Assembly (NCBI GenBank): GCA_964016885.1 | Contig: OZ024740.1 | Location: 220,410,001-220,474,000 of the forward strand | From: Eledone cirrhosa | Lineage: Eukaryota | DNA length: 64,000 nt | Direction of reading: 5' to 3' | In this document: one piece after another, positions 24,752 through 38,710 of the stretch | Layout of the letters: the number at the start of each line of letters is the position of its first letter | Position numbering within the stretch: position 1 is the first letter of the stretch | Notes under the pieces: generated by a model | Databases searched by the model: none | What the model was told of the DNA's origin: nothing | What the model saw: the letters and a program-made list of their open reading frames with translations, nothing else | Program-made: the position numbers and the translations under genes

Positions 24752-26200
24752 CCCTTTAGCATTCACATTGAATTGTCAAATGTCATGTTCATCTATTCGC
24801 ATTATTTTCACTTAATTATACTCAAGAGGGTTATCAATTTTATTTGTTTGTAATTACTTTAATTTTCTATGTGCAGACTTGAAATTTTGTCAGTAGATGT
24901 TTAAATAACTATAATTTACATTTATATATTTTTACCTGATTTTTTTTGTTAAATTTGACTTTTATGGGCAAGTGAAATTAATTAACAGGTGTAAAAGTAA
25001 TAACTTTATGGATAAACACAAAAATTTAAACTTTATCTGCCTTATCTGTTAGATTTGTTGCCAAAAAATCCAATAATGACCTAGATGCTGATTTCCATCA
25101 ATTCTAGCAGTTTTCTGAACAGGTGAATTAATTAAAAATGCAGGTGTAATCAGTACACGGTTTTAGTCTTTCTCTACATTCCAGGCAAATATTTTCATTG
25201 AAAAAAATGTATAAAACCTTTTCACCGGTCAAAATAATATTGGCAATGTACTCTGTAAATGTACGGTGTAAAATTACGTAATAGAAAGTTCCCAATATAT
25301 AAGGTTATACACACTTTTAAATTTTTCTGACAATATTTCAATTAATGGTCGTACTTTGTACAGTGGGTCGTAATTTGATTTATTTCTACCAGGGGCATTT
25401 GAAGTATCAACCAGATGCAAATACTGGTTTAATTTAATGAATCTCGTTTTTGCCATAATACTAGATATATAAGGGTCACCAAACCTTATATCAGTACTCC
25501 AATAATTCCACAGTCGTGGAAATTGTTTAATACCAAACATAATATTTATGGTAAACAACGCTTTCATTTCGGCAGAATCTGTCGGACAACATAACAGATC
25601 GGGTTTTCCGATATTAGAAATTTGTTGTTGTGCATAGCGATTTGCCACAACTTCGAAGAAAGATTGTGGTAAAAATAAAAAATAATAATCCAATGCTTTA
25701 GCATCGGGTGGTAATGTGTGTTGTGGTCCAATATTTTCAGTAAAATCCGAAACATGTATCGATGTTGTTTCTTTCAACCACGTTGCTATTTTTTCAATGG
25801 TGTCAGTCAAATCTTCTCTTTCACTTTCAAAGTAACTATCATCATTATCAGATATATCAGAAATAAATATGTCTGATTCGTTTGAAGATAAATCACTGAT
25901 ATTATCTTCTGTTTCTTTTTGATCTCGAATGTCGTCGGACGTAAAACCTTCAAATTCGTTGTCGCTACTTTCGGAAGCCATGTTACACTTTCAACGTTAA
26001 AAACACGTGTTATCGCAAGTTCTTTAACTATACTAAAAGTTAATTTTCGCAGTAATCTCGAATTGACGAGATTTCGATGATGTCAATGTTTATTTTTAGA
26101 AGGAAATCTCCGTGTGGTATTAAATGTCGGTTTTTGTCGGTTTGAATAAATGAAAGGGGACATAATTTTGTCGGTTTTTGTCGCTTTGAACGCTAAAGGG
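24752..26200 (-). mobile_element. Internally deleted piggyBac with both ends and an open 235-aa N-terminal transposase ORF (25274..25981)
   Basis: TIR ccctttagcattca / tgaacgctaaaggg; TTAA TSD at 24748-24751 and 26201-26204; YW, M.K.RF..L..YLHL and DPLYKVRPL motifs of the DDE_Tnp_1_7 family. Confidence 0.92.
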
Positions 26201-26343
26201 TTAAATTAATATTTTTTATTACAAATATTCAAAGAAACCAACTGATTAAATCAATCTTTTTCTTTTTTAAATTATCTTATGAATGAAATCAGTAAAGGAA
26301 AATAAGAACATTGGTGGTAAGGAATATATATTTAATAACTCAC

Positions 26344-26589
26344 CCTTTCTGACATGTCATTCTCAAATTTGTGTGTCATCAGACAATCAAATACACGGCC
26401 ATTACCAGCAGCTACTTTTTCACAAAATCGTTCACGATCTAATCTGCAGGCATAGAAGAGGGGCCGATCTAGGTGGTAGTCATCTGCTTGTAATTCAGTA
26501 ACTCGCTGAATCTGACGGTGGCAGTTATCCGATAATGATCGCATTTTTTCTTTCAAACACTCAATGGTTTTTCCTTGCAAATGAGGTGA
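26344..26589 (-). CDS. GLG1: GLG1 exon (SPHLQGKTIECL...QADDYHLDRPLFYACRLDRERFC...FENDMSER)
   Basis: Overlaps ORF 26332..26580; DDYHLDRPLFYACRxDRERFC is characteristic of GLG1; 246 nt, AG/GT bounded. Confidence 0.95.
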
Positions 26590-26792
26590 CTGACAAGTAA
26601 AATAAAAATATTTACAAAAATTTAAAAAACGCGGGGGTTTTTTTTTGGGGGGGGGGGGGTCAATTTATAAAAACAATTATGAATAATTACTGACCCCCAT
26701 AAACATTCCACAGTTCAATTTAGAAAAAAAACACCAATTATTAAAAATCAACATTTTAAATGTTTTACTTCATCATCGTTTAACATCCATTT

Positions 26793-29700
26793 GTAATTGC
26801 CATTGGGGTACCAGAGGACAAGGCTGATCTTCAGGCATTTGCTGCCAGCTCAGCCAAAGACCTAGGCTGTGTTCCCCCAAAGGGTGCTCTCCGCCTTGAT
26901 CGACCTGGTCCAAAACCCAGACTCATCAGGCTGTCTTTTTCAGACCCCGCTGAGGCAATTTCATATCATCTGGCCTCTGTTAAAGCTGGGCATGAAAATC
27001 GGATTACCTTCCGAACACGCCCAGGCCTACTACGTGCTACAGCTTCCTTGAATCGGAACTCAGCACAACATGAAAGTTTTAGTCTGCGTGATGATGGGCA
27101 GATCTGGAGGTTTGTTAAGGCTGGTGAAACGTGGAAGAGAGATACCAGCTGGTCTGAGTGTGCTCTCTACCCACAATAACTGGCAATGAAAAAACTGCAA
27201 CAACTCTGGGAAACTAAACCAGAACAACCTGCCATCCTCTACACACCATCATAAACTGCAAGCAGGGTACAAATTGTTGTCCTTAAATGCTCGCAGTTTC
27301 TGCAACAAGATACATCTGTTTAACTCCTACGTCAGATGCATCGACCCTGACTTCATCACAGTCACAGAAACATGGGCATATTCCTTACTCTGTGATGGGG
27401 TTTTCAGCATTACTGGGTACAACCTTTTCCGCAAGGACCGCATTAATCGCCGTGGTGGTGTGATGGTCTACTTTCGTTCAAACTTTTCAGTAATTCCTTG
27501 CGTTGATTTGAACGAATCACAAGAAGTTTTTTTTTGTGACATACATATGACCATGTCAACACTCCTGCTTGGTGTTGTTTATCGCCCCCCCCCCCAAACT
27601 ACCATCAGGACACACAGCTTTGCGATATCCTCAGAGCTGCTGCCAGGAAAACAGCCACTTATGTGCAGGTGACTTCAATCATCCTGAGATCGATTGGGAA
27701 ACCTTTCGTTGGCCACAAAGTACAAACGATTTCCTTGAGCTAGTGCTGGACTCAAACTGGTCACAAGTAGTCACTTCTCCAACAAGAGGTGACAACACTT
27801 TGGACCTGATCTTACCCACTACTCCTGAAGTGGTTATCAGTTGTACTACTGAGGAACCTCTAGGCGACTCTGATCATGCTATGATCATTGCCAATCTGGC
27901 TCTTGCGGGCAGCAACAAAAACCAGAACCATCTCCAATCTGCTTGCTTTGATTGGAAGAAAGCAGATTGGAACTTGTACTACACTGAGCTACAGCACCCA
28001 AACTGGCATGAGTTCTATAACTCTGGAGATGTGAACACTATACTCCAGAGCATCCTGGACTCAATATGGATAGCGTGTGTAGCATCGGTGCCACGTAAGC
28101 AGAAAAAAAAAAAAACACCCCAAAAGTGCAATTTGGGAAACTTCAGCGGTCCGACTTGCCAGGAAAGAACATCAGAACGCTGAACGGGAATATAAACTGC
28201 ATAAATCAGATGCCAACAGAAAAAAGCGGAATAAATCTTCCAACCATCTCAAGCAAGTGACAAAAAAGGCAGTGCTTCAATTTGAACAGTGCATAGCAAC
28301 CAATCCTGACAGTAAGGTGTTCTGGAAATATGTTCATTCAAAGCAGAGACTTCACTCTCCAATTGGTCCTCTTCGCAATCCCCACACAAGCCAGATCACC
28401 GACGATCCCAAAGAATGCGCAGAACTCATTGCTGAGTACTATGCAAGCATTTTTACTGTTGAAAACCAGAATGTACCATCTCGAACATCAAATTCCATAA
28501 CAACTATGGAATTTACACCTGCAATGTTGTGACGTCACCTTAAGAATAAGCGCAACTATGCCTCCCCTAGTCTGGATGGTGTTACATACCTGCTTCTCAA
28601 ACGTGGCAGGTACTTCCTTTTGCACCAGCTTTCTTTCTTCTTTCAATACTGTCTCAACAATGGTGCTACTCCGGAGCAGTGGAAATCTGCCAGTGTCATT
28701 CCCCTGTTCTAAAAGGGCGACCGCACGTCACCTGTCAACTATCGTCCAGTCAGTCTTACTAGCTGTATTGCCAAACTGATGGAATCCTGTGTCAGATAAA
28801 CACTTTGGAACTTCTGGAGCTCTCACAGCCTCATCCGGCCCTCGCAGTTTGGATTTATCCCTAACTCCAGCTGCTGTGATCAGCTTATCGAGTTCCTTGA
28901 AGACATTACCCGGATCACTGACAGTGGCTCATGGGTGGATGTTGTTTACCTTGACTTCGCTAAGGCTTTTAATTCTGTGCCACACAAAAGACTTATGGCA
29001 AAACTCTCTGCAATGGGTGTGAGGGATGATCTTTTTAACTGGTTGAAATCTTTCATTCTAAGCCGAAAAGAGGTAGTCATGGTTCTAGGACAGCATTCTT
29101 CACCATATGAGATGTCATCTGGTGTACCACAGGGATCTGTTCTTGGTCCCCTTTTGTTTGTGGCATATATTAATGACATAGATGCCAACTTAAAGAATGC
29201 CATAGTACTGAAATATGCAGATGACATCAAGCTGTACCTTGAAATCAAAAGGACTGATCCTGAAATCTACAACTCTTTCCTACAATCAGACCTGGACACA
29301 ATGCAGCAATGGATCACAGACTGGCAACTGAAGCTGGCTGTGGACAAGTGTACCACTATGCATTTTGGGAGGAAAAATCCAGCGTCCACATACTCCCTCC
29401 ACAACACTGATATCAAGAAATCCTCTTGTGAATGTGACCTGGGCATTACTGTCAGCAGCGATTTGCGTTGGACAAAGCATGTCTCTAAGATTGTCAAGAA
29501 GGCCGAGGGTGTCTTGGCATCACTCAGCAAGACCTTTGTTAGCCACTCTCCAGCCATCTATTTAAAGCTGTATACAGCTGTGGTACGACCACACTTAGAA
29601 TTCGCATCATCAGTCTGGAACCCCTATCTTGCTCAGAACATTGACCTCCTGGAAACTGTTCAGAGACGTGCAACCAAGCGCATACCCTCCATCAGACACC

Positions 29701-30180
29701 TACCATACTCTGAACGCCTTGCTTCCCTGGGCATGGATTCATTGAAGCTCCGACGTCTGGCAATGGACTTGGTAAACACCCACAAAGTTATTAACCATCT
29801 CGCCAACAACAACCCTGAGCACCTTTTTGATCTCCATGTGTCTAACACACGTGGAGATGCCTACAAAATCAGAAAACAGCACAGCTCCCATGACATTCGG
29901 AAACATTTTTTCACCACGCTCAGAGTTGCTGAAGCATGGAACAAACTGCCTGCGTCAGTTGTTAGCTGCCGAGACACTGCATTCTTTAAAACCCTCATGC
30001 TTCCCAAAATTCGCCAAAACTATACCTGATGTACCCCTTCCATACACATGCACACGTGTATATCATGACTCATGCACTGTTCATTTTCCTGACGTTTGCA
30101 TTACCCTATGTACTATACATACACTTTTTGATGAGTTGTTGTGCACTTGAGCACTGTACACAATATTTCATTATTATTAT
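26793..30180 (+). mobile_element. CR1-clade LINE, 5'-truncated (end of ORF1, APE, RT), frameshifted
   Basis: ORF1 VIAIGVPE..RL..KPRLIRLSF; APE LNARS, VTETW, GDFNHP, SDH; RT YLDFAKAF, GVPQGSVLGP, YADD; (ATT)n tail; splits a SINE tail. Confidence 0.93.
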
Positions 30181-30664
30181 TTTCCACACTAGCATGGGTT
30201 AGAAGGGTTAGCTCGTTAGAGGCAAATTGGGTCAGGTGACTGTGTCTGTTTGTGGCTTGGTTTTTACCGCAGGATGCCTTTCATTGCGCCAACCACATTT
30301 ACAGTGTGGCCTGGGTGCTTTTTGTTGTGACACTTACACAACCACCTTACAGTGTGGGCTGGATGTTTTTTGTGATACCAACAGAACTTTACAGTGTAAG
30401 GGTGGTGTGGACAGAAATGGGAGGGTGGGTGTAGGGATGTTAAATATAACAATTCTGTTATGTGGTCATGCTGATGATATAACACGAAGCACCCATTTCA
30501 TCCTAGTACCCAGTCCCCGCTATAGTATGATTGGCATCAGGAACGACTTCCAGCGGTAGAAAGCAATCCCAAAACAGATCTATATGAGCACAACTAGTTT
30601 CAATGTCACAACCCGTGAAACCCATGCAAACATGGATAATGACAAATAATATGATTGTCTAGGA

Positions 30665-30951
30665 CAGCCGTGGGCAACCTGCGGCTTGCGAAGCTTTCTG
30701 AATGGCTCGCCTAAGTCACCTAAGGGAAATCTTTGATTTTTTTACCCCAACTTTTCAGTCGTAATTTTTCTTTCTATCACTTTTACAATTGAGGAAAACA
30801 ACGTGTACGAATTTTGAAGAAACAAATCAAAACAACCTGAGTTACCGCCTCTTTTTTTTAATGTGGGCACAAATGTAAATTAGCGCTTGCGACCCGCCTG
30901 ATGAGCCATATCTCATGCAGCCCAATTCTCAAAAAAGGTTGCCCATGCCTG
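30665..30951. mobile_element. hAT MITE
   Basis: TIR cagccgtgggcaacc / ggttgcccatgcctg; 8-bp TSD gtctagga at 30657-30664 and 30952-30959. Confidence 0.88.
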
Positions 30952-32560
30952 GTCTAGGATTTTTTTTTTTTAATCTTTACACACACTCATACTATCCTCT
31001 TCCCATAAAGACCTGTTACACTACCACTCTTTCTTTCTTTCTCCCACACACACTCTCTTATCACTTTTCCACTGTGAAACATTTTATACAAAGTATACAA
31101 AAACTTTAATATAATATATTGTTAATAAGTAAAATATTATATTTATCTATTTGAGAAATATATTTATAAAAAAAGGTTCCATAACATAAAATTGAGAAAT
31201 CAAATTTTAATCTCTAGAATTATATAGCAAGATAAATAAGCAAACTGATAAATAAACATAACAGTTTCCTTTAGAAATATAACTAACTCTTTTGACACCA
31301 ACTGGCCAAAGACTGCCTCTGATCCTATGAAACAAAACTGACAATTTTAAAATAGTCACATCTAAATTAAAATTTTCCCATATAATTTTACGTAAATTTT
31401 TTTATTTTGTTATGTTTGAAACATGAAAAGGTAAGTTATTTGTTACATGCCACCCCCTCCCCATATTTTTTCTATTTTTCCAAATTAATTGAAACAGTTA
31501 TTTTTATTGGAAATATGGTAGCAAAAGGATTAATGGTGATTGAATAAGTAAATGTAGGAAGTTTAAAACAATTCTTTGATAAGTTGTATAAATATACTAT
31601 AAATATACTAACAAGCAGCTTGTTTTTCAAATGTATGGGATGTTACATGTCTCACTATGTTATAAGAGTAAAACAGCACAAAACAACTGAAAATGTCTTT
31701 AGTATGGGGAGAAATTTCTTGACTGGACATTAGTGTATGGTGCTACAATGGGGAGAGGTTTAGAAAGGTATATCTATAGGAAACATCTTTAGTCAACAAA
31801 TTTCATTTAAATTATATAATATCTGTAATAATTTTTAAAAAATCAAATAATGAAAGTGGCAGACTCTACACCCCAGTCTAAGCAATATATCTCTGCTGCA
31901 ACTTGGAGACAAAATGTTGAAAGCATAATATTTAAAACAACAGGCTCTTGTTTTAAACAGTTCCTATTTAAATAAAAATTTAAAAAATAATGTTGTAGAA
32001 TATCCCTGTTAAACTATGTACTAAACACCAGCTTATTAATATTGCTAAATCCCTTCAAAGTATTGATTTACAAAATTAATTGAAAACCATAGATGGTATA
32101 TTTCATTAGAGATATGGTAATGAAAGGATTTATAAATATGCATTAATAAGAAAGGAATGAGGACAGAAAGTCAAAGTGTGTGTGTGGGGGGGGGAGGGGT
32201 TTACTAACCTGTAGTTACACTGATTTTGAAACTGCTCTATTTTTTATTTTTACAATACAAATATATGGTAACATTTGTAATCAAATTGGCATAACTATAA
32301 TTTAATGCCCTTCAACTTTGTTTCCTTATAACCTTCTTAATAATACATATATATTTTCTGAAATTCTGTAGAGACATTTTCAAAGGTGTTGATTACAATT
32401 ATGTTGGTGAGGTTTTATGTGTGTATGTTGGGGGGAAGGAGACTCCAAACTACAATTACATGGAAATGAAGAAGTAACATAATATACTTTGTTGTCATCA
32501 CATTCAATCTATATTTATAAATGAACTCTTAACATCCTGTAATGATATATATATATATAT

Positions 32561-33126
32561 AAGGACGATAGCTGTATAACAAAGTGCAGGGCAATAAAGA
32601 TAGACGGTAGCCACGGAATAGGCAGACCCAGAAAAACCTGGGACGAGCTGATAAACTCCGACCTCACACACTTACACCTCACCAAGACAATGTCACCTTT
32701 GGCGGTACTCAGTAATAGAGAAGACCCGCCTTACCTAAATACAAAGTAAAACCTACTACAGTCAGTAGGCATCTATAACAAAATACACCCCCGTCCCACC
32801 ACCCCCACCCCGTCCACACCGCCCCCTTCTATGTAAAGTTATGTTGGTGCCATACCATCCAGGCCGAAACAAATGAGATCGTGTAGGTGTCACGACAAAA
32901 AAACACACAGTCCACGCTGTAATGTGGCCGTGTAGGCAACACGGTAAAAACCTCCCGGACCCACACTGTAAATGTGGTTGGTGTTAGGAAGGGCATCCAA
33001 CTGTAGAAAACCTGCCAGACAGTCCTATGCGAGCAAGACAATCACTCTTGCCTCAAGTGGGAAAACCCCCGTCCAAACCCATGCAAGCGTGGAACACGGA
33101 CGTTAAACGTTGATGATGATGATGAT
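32561..33126 (+). mobile_element. RTE LINE 3' end with long 3' UTR
   Basis: GRPRKTW; similar to 34068-34753; (GAT)n tail. Confidence 0.85.
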
Positions 33127-33321
33127 TATACTAGTCCACCTCGCCAGCACTCCCATTCCATTTTTGGAAAATAAGTCACTAGCAAGCACGTCAGAGGTCG
33201 GATTAGTTGAAAACACACAAAAAAATCTTATTTATTACTCATATTATTTAATTTTATTAGCGGTCAATGTACAAACAAACAACTTTCCCTTTTATAAGTA
33301 TTATATATATATATATATATA

Positions 33322-34753
33322 TAATGAATCAATGGCTGAACTAGAGAAGAAATTCCAAACATGGAAGCATGGTCTAGAATCAAAAGGCCTTAAAATTAAC
33401 CTGTCTAAGACTAAAGTTCTAGTTTGTAGGAAGGAAAATAGGGCACCGGTCCCATCTGGGAAATGTCCATGCTCAGTGTGTAGGAAAGGAGTAGGCAGAA
33501 ACTCCATTTTATGTCCCAAATGCAAAGTATGGGTGCATAAAGGATGTAGTGGGATCACAGGTAAGCTATCTAAGAACGTAGATTTTATATGTGGCTGGTG
33601 CTCTGGTGCAATAAGTAGCAGCAAGTGCCCACAGAATACTAGCTCATTCCATTGCACAGATGGTTCTATAGAAATAGTGGACACCTTCCGTTACCTGGGT
33701 GACAAAATCAGCAGTGGTGGAGGGTGCTCTGAAAGTACAGTAGCTAGAGTCAGAACGGGATGAAAAAAGTTCAGAGAGCTTATACCACTATTGGCCGCTA
33801 AAGGGTTCTCTCTAAAAATGAAAGGCAGGCTGTATGATGCCTGCATACGAACAGCAATGGTGCATGGCAGTGAGACCTGGGCATTGTGTGCAGAAGACCT
33901 GCGCAGACTGGAGAGAAACGAAGCTTGCATGCTCCGCTGGATGTGTAATAGTAATATAAGTGAACGGCAAAGCATAAACAAACTAAGTAAGAAATTAGGA
34001 ATAAGAGGGATCAGATGGTGTTTACTCAAGAGAAGGCTACGTTGGTATGGTCACGTGATGCGCATGAAAGATGACAGCTGTATAAAAAAGTGCAGGGCGA
34101 TAAAAATAGACGGTAGCCACGGAGTAGGCAGACCCAGAAAAATCTGGGACGACTTGATAAATTCCGACCTCACACCTCTCCAAGACAATGTCACTGGCCC
34201 GAGATCTTTGGCGCTACACAGTTATACAGAAGACCCGCCTTGCCTAAGTACAAAGCGAAACCTAGTCAGTAGGCACCTCTAACAAAATACACCCCCGTCC
34301 CACTACCCCCACCCCATCCACCCCCACCCCCCTTAAATGTGAAGTTATGTTGGTACCATAACATCCAGTCCGAAACAAATGAGGTCGGTCACGACAAAAA
34401 AAACACACAGTCCACGCTGTAATGTGGCCGTGTAGGTAACACGGTAAAAACCTCCCAGTCCACACTGTAAACGTGGTTGGTGTTGGGAAGGGCAGCCAGC
34501 TGTAGAAAACCCGCCAGACGTGTAGGTGTCACGACAAAAAAAACACACAGTCCACGCTGTAATGTGGCCGTGTAGGTAACACGGTAAAAACCTCCCAGTC
34601 CAAACTGTAAATGTGGTTGGTGTTAGGAAGGGCATCCAGCCGCCAGACAGTCCTATACAAGCAGGATAACCAATATTGCCTCAAGTGGGAAAACTCCCGT
34701 CCAAACCCATGCAAGCGTGGAAGATGGACGTTAAACGATGATGATGATGATGA
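33322..34753 (+). mobile_element. RTE LINE 3' portion (RT end, PHD-like Cys module, 3' UTR)
   Basis: ORFs 33110..33763 and 33791..34282: GLKINLSKTK, CSVC..CPKC..WVHKGC, FRYLG, HGSETW, LRWYGHVMR; flanked by (TA)n on both sides. Confidence 0.9.
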
Positions 34754-35678
34754 TATATATATATATATATAAAAAGTTATTGTCTCAAATACTTAGGCAT
34801 CTCAATGAATAGATAAAATACACAAATTGAGATTTTGGCATAAGTTTAGTATCATCATCATTTAATGTCCGTTTTCCCCGTTAGCAAAAGTTGGACAGGT
34901 CTACATAGACCAAGTTAGTACTGAAGCAGGGCCATTGACATCCCAGACAGGCCGAGGTGGTCTGTATCCTGCTTACATACGGTCATTATCAAGTGCAAAG
35001 AAGTTGTGTCTTTTGACACAGGCTAAAGGATCCTCCTAAACCCTTGTTTGGCAAGCTTTCTACGGTTGAATGCACTTGCTAACACCAACCACTTTAGAGC
35101 TTATACTGGGTGCTTTTATTGTGTAAATCACCAGTGAATGTGTATGGTTATTTGTGTTGAGATTATCGTCTGTCATGGTTATGAATTTGTTTGCTATGTA
35201 GTGTGTGATAAAGGCTTAGTGAAAATTCTGCAGTGTTTGTTATTTATGATAGTGAAGGCACATGGCCTAGTAGTTAGGGTGTTGGACTCATGATTGTAAG
35301 GTCATGAGCTCAATTCCTAGACTGAGCAATGCATTGTGTTCTTGAGCAAGACACTTCAATTTATACTACATTTCAAGATATCATAGGATATCATTAAATC
35401 ACCCAATAAACCTCCTATGAGATACAACCTCTTTGGAAGCTAGCTAAACCTGAATAGGTGTGAACTGAATTTTTTTTTTTTTTTTCAGGTTATTTATGGA
35501 TTAATATGCTGCTGTTTACAAATATAAATAAGTACATGGTAACAATTGTAATCAAATATGCAAAGGAAACTGTTATTGTGCAATCCTCTAAGTAACTGAT
35601 TAGTATATTTGAGAAAGACTATGTTTGCAATGTTAGTGAGAGTGTTTGGTTGAATATATAGATTTAAGGTATACATAC

Positions 35679-35900
35679 ATCATCTTCTTCTTCAATTTGA
35701 ACTCGTCCACACTTTAGTTTATCAATATCTCGTTGGCAGTTATCAACAAAATTAGAAACCAAATGATAATCACTAAAAATTATGCTTCCCATTTTCAGTA
35801 GAAACTGTTTACAACTGCTGTCTGTGATGTTATCAATATGTTCAATTAAGCAAGGAATCAAGTGACCTGATCCATGATGGAAATTTTGACAATCTAACGC
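35679..35900 (-). CDS. GLG1: GLG1 exon (ALDCQNFHHGSGHLIPCLIEH...KLKCGRVQIEEEDD)
   Basis: Inside ORF 35664..35921; ttttcag|...|gtatgt; 222 nt; Cys-rich GLG1 repeat. Confidence 0.92.
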
Positions 35901-36351
35901 CTGAAAATAGAACAGATGCAATAAAGAATATAAGTGAAAATATATTTTGAGACATCAATAGGTATACAATAAATTAAAGATGAAAAAAATAGATAAAATA
36001 AAAGTATTGTATTTGGTGATATATAAGCCCCATGTGTATAGACTCCATTTTAACACATATAAAAATTGATATTTTAGAAGCTTTTTTTGGATAAGAAAGT
36101 AGTTTATATGCCATTAAATATGGCAACTATCAACAAACGAAACAAAGCAGTTGAACACCCCTTCTTTCTAAATGATATATCACTGAACACTTAAATACCA
36201 AGTAAAACTGCCTGTTTTTAGTAGATGTTTTATCAGAAATACAGCCTCTAAAGTCTTATCAATTGTTACACTGTTGAAATAATTCTATTTTAATTATATA
36301 AAAAATAAAGCTATGTACAGTAACCCTTCACCTAACAGCTTTGTTTAGCAC

Positions 36352-36818
36352 TTCTTTTCTTCGCCCACTTATTCCTGAGAAGATCGGTGGGGCAGAGTCC
36401 TCAAACACTCCCTCCAATAGATCCTGTCAGAGGCAACCATCTCCAACTGATCTAGCTGGATTCCCAAGCATGACCAACCAAGTTTATGGATGTTATCCAA
36501 CCATCTTGCTCAGTGTCTCCTACTTGTTGGTTCTGCCCGTAAAATCTGTGCAGCGATTCTTTCCTAAGACATTCTAACCATATACCCATAGTATCAGAGC
36601 TATGATCTCTCAATTCGGAGAAGTAACAGCTCTACCTGGAGTGACTTTCTGAGCTCCAAGCTACGCACTTTATAAAGTAACGTTTCTCCAAAGACACCTT
36701 GGAGGAATCCCATTTCGGCCGCTTGTATTCACAATCATATTTTTTTGGTCATTACCCAAGATTCATGACCATAGGTAACGGTTGACACAAAAACCGAATT
36801 GAAGACAGCGAGTTTGGC
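36352..36818 (-). mobile_element. RTE LINE 3' fragment with 11-bp TSD
   Basis: TYGHESWVMTK..IQAAEMGFL; TSD ttgtttagcac at 36341-36351 and 36819-36829. Confidence 0.85.
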
Positions 36819-37247
36819 TTGTTTAGCACAATTTTCAAATTAAAACAGTTTTTAAATTGCACCTGTTTTTATTTAACAAAGGGTGAATTTTATTTAACAC
36901 AACCCAAGCAATGCCAGGCAGTGCTTTTACTGAGGTGGTCACCATTAATGAGTGACCAAGCTGCATAACATCAGTGATCTGGGTGACTGAACCAAAGATA
37001 TGTGAAACCATTTTGCATTCATGACAATTGTATAACCATTAGCCTTCAGCAATTGTAAAAGAAGGTTGTATTATTTTTTTCCCTATCATACATCACATAC
37101 TTTTACTTCAAGTTTTCTGAAATTAAAATATTTTTCCCATGAAATAAAAATGAATAAGGAAAAGATTGAAGGTGAGAATGTCTGCCTTCAAAGAAAACCA
37201 AAAGTTATTACTTTCCAGCAAAATCCTTGCGATATATATATATACAT

Positions 37248-37586
37248 GGAGGCACATGGCTTAGTGGTTAGAGCATTGGCCTTGCAATCGAAAGGTTGTG
37301 AGTTCAATTCTCAGACCGGGTGATGTGTTGTTTCCTTGAGCAAGACACTTTATTTCACATTGCTCCAGTTTACTCAGCTGTAGAAATGATAGGGACCCCA
37401 GTCCCTATCATTCCACTGTAAAGTGGTCGTGGAGGTGCTACGGCAAAAAAGCACCCAGCACTCACTGTAAATGAGGTTGGTGTTAGGAAGGGCATCCAGC
37501 TGTAGAAATCAAGCCAGAATCAGTTCCCGTCCCACCCTTGCAAGCAGGGAAAAGTGGACGTAAAATGAAATGATGATGATGATGAT
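37248..37586 (+). mobile_element. Full-length tRNA-derived SINE
   Basis: A box tggcttagtgg 37257-37267; B box gagttcaattc 37300-37310; central ccttgagcaagacact; RTE-like tail cccttgcaagcagggaaaagtggacgtaaaatga(tga)n. Confidence 0.88.
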
Positions 37587-37688
37587 ATAAGTAGTGTAAG
37601 AATGTCACCAAAATCGGGTTAAATAAATACATTTACAATTTTCAACATCTTATTTTGCTTTCTTTTAATTTTATATAAGGAGTTAAAT

Positions 37689-37727
<39 letters not shown>

Positions 37728-38200
37728 TATATAAGAGATTTTGAAAAATAGTTGGATGAATTAGAATATATTACATGTATCCTATGTTCAATTATTTCAT
37801 TTAACAGTTTAATTAGTAAAGCTAACTCTTTTGATACCATATTTCTTATGAAACACACTTCCAATGTGTTTCAATTAATTTTGAAATAAAAAGAAATTGG
37901 AGTAATTTAGTAAATCATTAACTTTTTCATTATTAAGCTGATGTTTGGACCAAAACTTAGCAAAATGTTCTAAAATAAAATTATGTTGGAAGGTTTTAAT
38001 ATAAATATAAACACTTTAAAGGGGGTAGTTTTGTAGCCTAGAATCAGAGTCTGTTTTAGGTGTGTTGGTATCAAAAGAATTATGTGAGAGATTGCTGTAA
38101 TGTTAACCTGCCTGAGAAACATCAGCTATAATATTGCAATTCTTTCTTATCAAGTTATACAAAAAAAAATATTTTGATAACAAAAGTAAGTCATACTCAC

Positions 38201-38287
38201 AGATTCCAATTCTCTATGACATACTTCTTTGCCAGCATATTCAAATCTATCATCTTTGGTTAAATTTCTTTTGTAAATCCATAAAAG
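38201..38287 (-). CDS. GLG1: GLG1 exon (LLWIYKRNLTKDDRFEYAGKEVCHRELES)
   Basis: ttccag|...|gtgag, 87 nt, phase 0/0. Confidence 0.9.
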
Positions 38288-38469
38288 CTGGAAACAAAAA
38301 TTTGTAATGAATATAGTGATAATTAAAATACCAAAAGCGTGTTTTAAGTCTAAATTTCTTATTTTTCTTTTGGCATACTAAGTGATTATTTAATTTTATC
38401 AGTGACAATTTTTTATTTCCTGTAAACAAAGGAAATCACAGTGTATAATACAAATGTCTAAAGATCCCT

Positions 38470-38710
38470 GTGAGCAAAATAGCAAATGTATTACCCTGTG
38501 AGATGGCAAAGGAGATGTGCTGAAAATGCCAGTCCACTTCTTGGCTTGTTTTTGCAGGTAGCCATCTACATCCCTAATGGAAGTGAGCAGGGGATTTGGA
38601 TGCTAGATGCTTCCATTTGTATGGTTTCAACAAGAAACCTATCAGAGAGTAGTTGGTACTTTTGTCAGTTTGTTATCTTCAACCTGTCAGACAGTGATGC
38701 CTGCATCTGA
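38470..38710 (-). mobile_element. Degraded CRE-like (RLE-endonuclease) retrotransposon 3' fragment
   Basis: KYQLLSDRFLVE...QGNTFAIL; same family as 60250-60540. Confidence 0.65.

Noticed and set aside
25274-25981. Domesticated PGBD gene
   Set aside because: Retains TIRs and TTAA TSD, is truncated before the catalytic domain, and has multiple related copies
37248-37320. tRNA gene
   Set aside because: A and B boxes are present but continue into a SINE body and tail; no clean cloverleaf or terminator
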